Shown in pieces: positions 60,195-64,000 of a stretch of DNA of 64,000 bases. Positions within the stretch are counted from its first letter, which is position 1; every line of letters starts with the position of its first letter. The translations under genes and the position numbers were made by a program. Under the pieces are notes generated by a model. The model saw only the letters and a list, made by a program, of their open reading frames with translations, searched no databases and was not told the DNA's origin. The DNA lies in the NCBI GenBank assembly GCA_965237675.1, contig OZ250150.1, forward strand, positions 2,752,001 through 2,816,000, written 5' to 3'. The DNA comes from Candidatus Latescibacterota bacterium (GTDB taxonomy: Bacteria > Latescibacterota > UBA2968 > GCA-2709665).

Positions 60195-61373
60195 TCAATC
60201 GTCCGCGGCGGCGTGTTGCGTAACGCCGTTACAGAAGGCGACGTAGTCGATGAGCTCCGTCACCTCGGGCTGGTCCCCGCACACCGGGCAGCCGGGGTCG
60301 CGGCGAATTTTAAAGGTACGGAAACTCATGGCAAGCGCATCGTACATGAGCAATCTGCCGATGAGCGGTTCTCCCTGGCCAAGAATGAGCTTGACCACTT
60401 CGGTGGCCTGAATCAGTCCCACGGTGCCCGGAAGTACTCCCAGAACCCCCGCGTCGGCGCAGGAGGGCGCCAGTTCGGCGGGAGGCGGTTCTGGGTAGAG
60501 GCAGCGGTAGCACGGACCCTCCAGATCGCACGGATAGATGGTCACCTGTCCCTCAAAGCGGAATATGCTTCCGTCTACGATGGGCTTGCGCGCGAAAACG
60601 CAGGCGTCGTTCACCATGTAACGCGTGGGAAAGTTGTCGCAGCCGTTCACCACAATGTCGTAGTCCGCGATGATGTCCATCACGTTTTCGGAATTGAGGT
60701 ATTCGACATACGGGACGACCTTGCAGCCGGGATTGAGGTCTTGCAGAGTTTCCCGCGCGGAGATGGCTTTGGGCCGGCCCAGGTCGGATGTGCCGTGAAG
60801 GATCTGGCGCTGGAGGTTGGTGACGTCCACCACATCCGCGTCGACGATCCCCAGGGTGCCGACGCCTGCCGCAGCGAGGTAATAGGCCGCTGGACACCCA
60901 AGGCCGCCGGCGCCGACCATCAGGACCTTTGCCTCCAGCAACTTTCCCTGCCCCTTTTCACCCACTTCGGGCACCAGGAGGTGCCTTGAGTAACGCTGGA
61001 CCTCGGCTTTGGTGAGCGCTCTGTCGCGCTGAACCGGCAGGCCCGCCGCCACCCAGGCGTCGTAGCCGCCCTCGAGGTAGACGACGTTTTCATATCCCAT
61101 ATTCTGCAGGTCTCGCGCCGCCAGTGGCCCCTGGTTCTCGTCACCGTAGACGAGGATGGCGGTTGAGCGGTCGTTCGCCAGGGTTTCGATGCGCAGTTCG
61201 AGAAATCCCCTGGAGAGGTTCTCGGCGCCCGCAATATAACCCAGGGCGTAGTCCTCCCGTTCCCGGACGTCCAGCAGCAGGACGCTGTCCAGCCGCCCCC
61301 GGGCGTCTTCAGGCGAAATGCCCCGGACCTCGCTCCGGACGGTCTCCATAAGGGTTTCAAATGCCGTAATCAT
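60195..61373 (-). CDS. moeB: MoeB/ThiF-family adenylyltransferase with N-terminal rhodanese-like domain
   Basis: RYSRH, GAGGLG, NLQRQ, DNFPTRY, CYRC and CPVC zinc motifs; N-terminal LLDVRE...LEGG..AW. Confidence 0.9.
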   Translation of the reverse strand: MITAFETLMETVRSEVRGISPEDARGRLDSVLLLDVREREDYALGYIAGAENLSRGFLELRIETLANDRSTAILVYGDENQGPLAARDLQNMGYENVVYLEGGYDAWVAAGLPVQRDRALTKAEVQRYSRHLLVPEVGEKGQGKLLEAKVLMVGAGGLGCPAAYYLAAAGVGTLGIVDADVVDVTNLQRQILHGTSDLGRPKAISARETLQDLNPGCKVVPYVEYLNSENVMDIIADYDIVVNGCDNFPTRYMVNDACVFARKPIVDGSIFRFEGQVTIYPCDLEGPCYRCLYPEPPPAELAPSCADAGVLGVLPGTVGLIQATEVVKLILGQGEPLIGRLLMYDALAMSFRTFKIRRDPGCPVCGDQPEVTELIDYVAFCNGVTQHAAADD

Positions 61374-61576
61374 AAAATTCCCCCCGGTGCTAAGTGTTTG
61401 AAATCAGGTACTGGTAATGTATCGAATTCCGGCCGGGAACGCAAAATTTAATGTCGAAGTCGGCGGTTGGACGCTGAAGCGATGTGTCCCCTCTCGAATC
61501 GGCCCGATTTTTCTGTTCGGGATTCGGACATTCGGGGCGATGCAACCGAATAGTCGGCGGTCCGTACGCGGACCGG

Positions 61577-62395
61577 TCACGAAATGGTGATTCGAGGTCC
61601 CGGCTGTTCGAAGGCGTCGATCTCTTCCATGATCTTCTTTGCGATTTCCAGGAAGGTCCGCGTCTCATCGGATTCCCGTGCGGCAATCGGATTGCCGGTG
61701 TCGCCGCCTTCGCGAATCGCGGGCAGAATGGGCAGCCGTCCCAGCACCGGGATGTTGAAGTGCATGGCGATCTTGTCGCCGCCGCCATCACCGAAGATTG
61801 GCGCCCGCTCGCCGCAGCAGGGACATATAAAGCCGCTCATGTTTTCGACGGCGCCGAGGATGGGAACGTCTACCTTCCGGAACATCTCGATGCCTCGAGT
61901 GACGTCTTCAAGCGCGACGTCCTGCGGCGTGGTGACAATGACCGCGCCGCTGAGCGGAACGGTTTGCGCCAGGGTGAGTTGGGCATCACCGGTACCAGGC
62001 GGAAGGTCTACAATGAGGTAATCCAGCGCCCCCCAGGCGACGTCGGACATGAACTGCTGGATCATTTTTCCCACAATAGGGCCCCGCCAGATCACGGGTG
62101 TGTCTTCCCCCGCGATAAGTCCGAGAGACATCAGTTTGACGCCGTGGCGTTCAAGCGGGATGATTTTGCCGCTCACCGCCCGCGGTTGATCCGTGGCGCC
62201 CAGCATCATGGGGACGTTGGGGCCGTAGATGTCGGCATCGAGCAGGCCAACGGCCTGACCCTGACGCGCCAGGGCGACGGAGAGATTCACGCTGACGGTG
62301 GTTTTGCCCACGCCGCCCTTGCCGCTGGAAACGGCCACGATATGTTTGACCTCTGGGATGGGCCTTGGTTTCGGCATGCCGGGTGGCATTTGCAT
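61577..62395 (-). CDS. mrp: Mrp/ApbC Fe-S cluster carrier ATPase
   Basis: SGKGGVGKTT, DADIYGP, WRGP, DLPPGTGD, ENMS..CPCC. Confidence 0.93.
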   Translation of the reverse strand: MQMPPGMPKPRPIPEVKHIVAVSSGKGGVGKTTVSVNLSVALARQGQAVGLLDADIYGPNVPMMLGATDQPRAVSGKIIPLERHGVKLMSLGLIAGEDTPVIWRGPIVGKMIQQFMSDVAWGALDYLIVDLPPGTGDAQLTLAQTVPLSGAVIVTTPQDVALEDVTRGIEMFRKVDVPILGAVENMSGFICPCCGERAPIFGDGGGDKIAMHFNIPVLGRLPILPAIREGGDTGNPIAARESDETRTFLEIAKKIMEEIDAFEQPGPRITIS

Positions 62396-62449
62396 GGGGT
62401 CGGTCCTTGAAGTGAGTTGAAAGTTGCGTCGTCCGTGTTGTGGAAAGCG

Positions 62450-63628
62450 TTATCTGCGGCGCGGTTTTGCGCTGGAGTACGGCGAGATTTCACGCAGCCG
62501 GCCGACTTCGGCGATGACACGCCCGGCCGCATGGTCGATCTCGGCTTCGGTGTTGAATCTTCCCAGGCCGAAGCGGATGCTGCTCTCGGCCAGGCTGGTG
62601 GACACACCCAGCGCCCTCAGGACGTAAGAGGGTTCCAGCGAAGCGGACGTGCACGCGGAGCCGGACGAGAGCGCAATCTCACCCAGGCCGATCAACAGGC
62701 TCTCGCCATCCACGCCTTCGAAGCTGATGTTGAGGTTTCCGTCCAGCCGTTTCTCCGGATGGCCGTTGAGACTGATACCGTCCAGGGCGTCGAACAGGCG
62801 GGCTCTGAGCCGTTCGCGCAACCCCCGGAGGCGAACGCCTTCGGGGCCCATCTCAGCGCGCGCAAATTCGCAGGCCGAGCCGAGACCCACAATGCCCGGC
62901 ACGTTGAGCGTACCCGAGCGCATTCCGCGTTCGTGGCCGCCCCCGTCGATTTCGGCAACGAGGCGCACACGGGGCCGGCTGCGAACGTAGAGGGCGCCGA
63001 CGCCCTTGGGACCGTACAGTTTGTGGGCGGATATCGAGAGCAGGTCAATGCCAAGGGCCTTCACGTCGATCGGCATCTTGCCCACAGCCTGTGCGGCGTC
63101 GCAGTGGAAGAGGATGTTCCGTTCCATGCAGATGGCACCGATTTCGTCCAGTGGCTGGAGGGTGCCGATTTCGTTGTTGGCCGCCATTATCGAGACAAGG
63201 ATGGTGTCTTCCCGTATCGCGTCCGAGACGGCTTCAGGTGCGACCTGTCCGTAGCAGTCTGCGGGCAGGACGGTAACGTCGAAACCTCGCCGCTCAATCG
63301 ATTTGCACGAATCCAGGACGGCGTGGTGCTCGGTGGTCTGGGTGATGACGTGCCCGCCTTTCTCGCGGTGTACGGCAGCCACGCCCTTTATGGCCAGGTT
63401 ATCCGATTCGGTCGCGCCGCTGGTGAAAATGATCTCCCTGGCGTCGGCATGGATCAGTTCCGCGGCCTGTTCCCGCGCCCGGTCAACCGCTGCTTCGGCG
63501 GTCCACCCGAAGCTGTGGGTTCGGCTGGCGGCGTTGCCGAAATTCGCGTTGAAATAGGGCAACATGGCATCCACCACCCTGGGGTCGACCGGTGTGGTGG
63601 CCTGATTGTCCAGATAGATGGGCGTCAT
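62450..63628 (-). CDS. iscS: Cysteine desulfurase (group I, IscS-like)
   Basis: [35 protein letters not shown]. Confidence 0.95.
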   Translation of the reverse strand: MTPIYLDNQATTPVDPRVVDAMLPYFNANFGNAASRTHSFGWTAEAAVDRAREQAAELIHADAREIIFTSGATESDNLAIKGVAAVHREKGGHVITQTTEHHAVLDSCKSIERRGFDVTVLPADCYGQVAPEAVSDAIREDTILVSIMAANNEIGTLQPLDEIGAICMERNILFHCDAAQAVGKMPIDVKALGIDLLSISAHKLYGPKGVGALYVRSRPRVRLVAEIDGGGHERGMRSGTLNVPGIVGLGSACEFARAEMGPEGVRLRGLRERLRARLFDALDGISLNGHPEKRLDGNLNISFEGVDGESLLIGLGEIALSSGSACTSASLEPSYVLRALGVSTSLAESSIRFGLGRFNTEAEIDHAAGRVIAEVGRLREISPYSSAKPRRR

Positions 63629-63635
63629 ATTCGAG

Positions 63636-64000
63636 TCAGTCCCCTTCGAAGAGAGCCCTGACGAAGGCCTCCGGTTCAAAGTCACTCAGATCATCCTGAC
63701 CTTCGCCAAGGCCGACCATTCGGACGGGAAGGCCGAGTTCGTCGGCAATCGCGATGACGACACCGCCTCTGGCCGTGCCATCCAATTTGGCCAGAACAAG
63801 GCCGGTGATTCCTATATCCGCGTGGAATTGCCGGGCCTGGGCAACGGCGTTCTGTCCGGTGGTGGCGTCCAGGACCAGCAGGGTCTCGTGAGGAGCGCCC
63901 GGCTGACATTTGCCCAGGACGCGTCGGATTTTTTTAAGTTCCTCCATCAGATTCACTCTGGTGTGCAGGCGCCCTGCGGTGTCGATAATGACCACGTCCA
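63636..64000 (-). CDS. ftsY: Signal recognition particle receptor FtsY (5' partial)
   Basis: [30 protein letters not shown]. Confidence 0.95.
   Translation of the reverse strand, partial: DVVIIDTAGRLHTRVNLMEELKKIRRVLGKCQPGAPHETLLVLDATTGQNAVAQARQFHADIGITGLVLAKLDGTARGGVVIAIADELGLPVRMVGLGEGQDDLSDFEPEAFVRALFEGD

Overview
GC-rich bacterial chromosome segment from a diderm organism. An FCB-group lineage such as Latescibacterota/Gemmatimonadota is inferred from the LysS insertion, the GWxTD protein and the C-terminal DFDGDG double EF-hand/dockerin-like module; this is not proven. It has three zones. (1) 1-12.6 kb: core genes ftsK, lolA, prfB (programmed +1 frameshift), lysS, lolD, clpC, bamA, skp, fabZ. 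(2) About 13-43.3 kb: accessory catabolic genes, including DMFase-like, SolA-like, two UxuA-like, several Gfo/Idh/MocA and aldo-keto reductases, a heparinase II/III-like lyase, amidohydrolase + Rieske, Co-type nitrile hydratase, two PhyH-family enzymes, a B12 radical SAM, a glycosyltransferase, RnfD/UnbU-like, hpf and nnrS. (3) 44.3-64 kb: envelope and housekeeping genes, including a repeat/CAP lipoprotein, GWxTD, WD40, DUF4292/TPR, purF, rnr, sodN, CIRCE-groESL, moeB, mrp, iscS and ftsY. No rRNA, tRNA, CRISPR array, transposase or integrase was recognised. The most unusual signals: a multi-copy 0.4-0.87 kb non-coding element with nested inverted repeats and heptamer arms, two copies of which share a perfect 230-bp inverted repeat bracketing the 31-kb accessory block; two small TIR-bounded MITE-like elements; a PhyH paralogue with a halogenase-type HxG motif upstream of the nitrile hydratase genes; an amidohydrolase-fold/Rieske pair resembling dinuclear oxygenases; and a lipoprotein with about 31 nine-residue xDG repeats plus a CAP domain.
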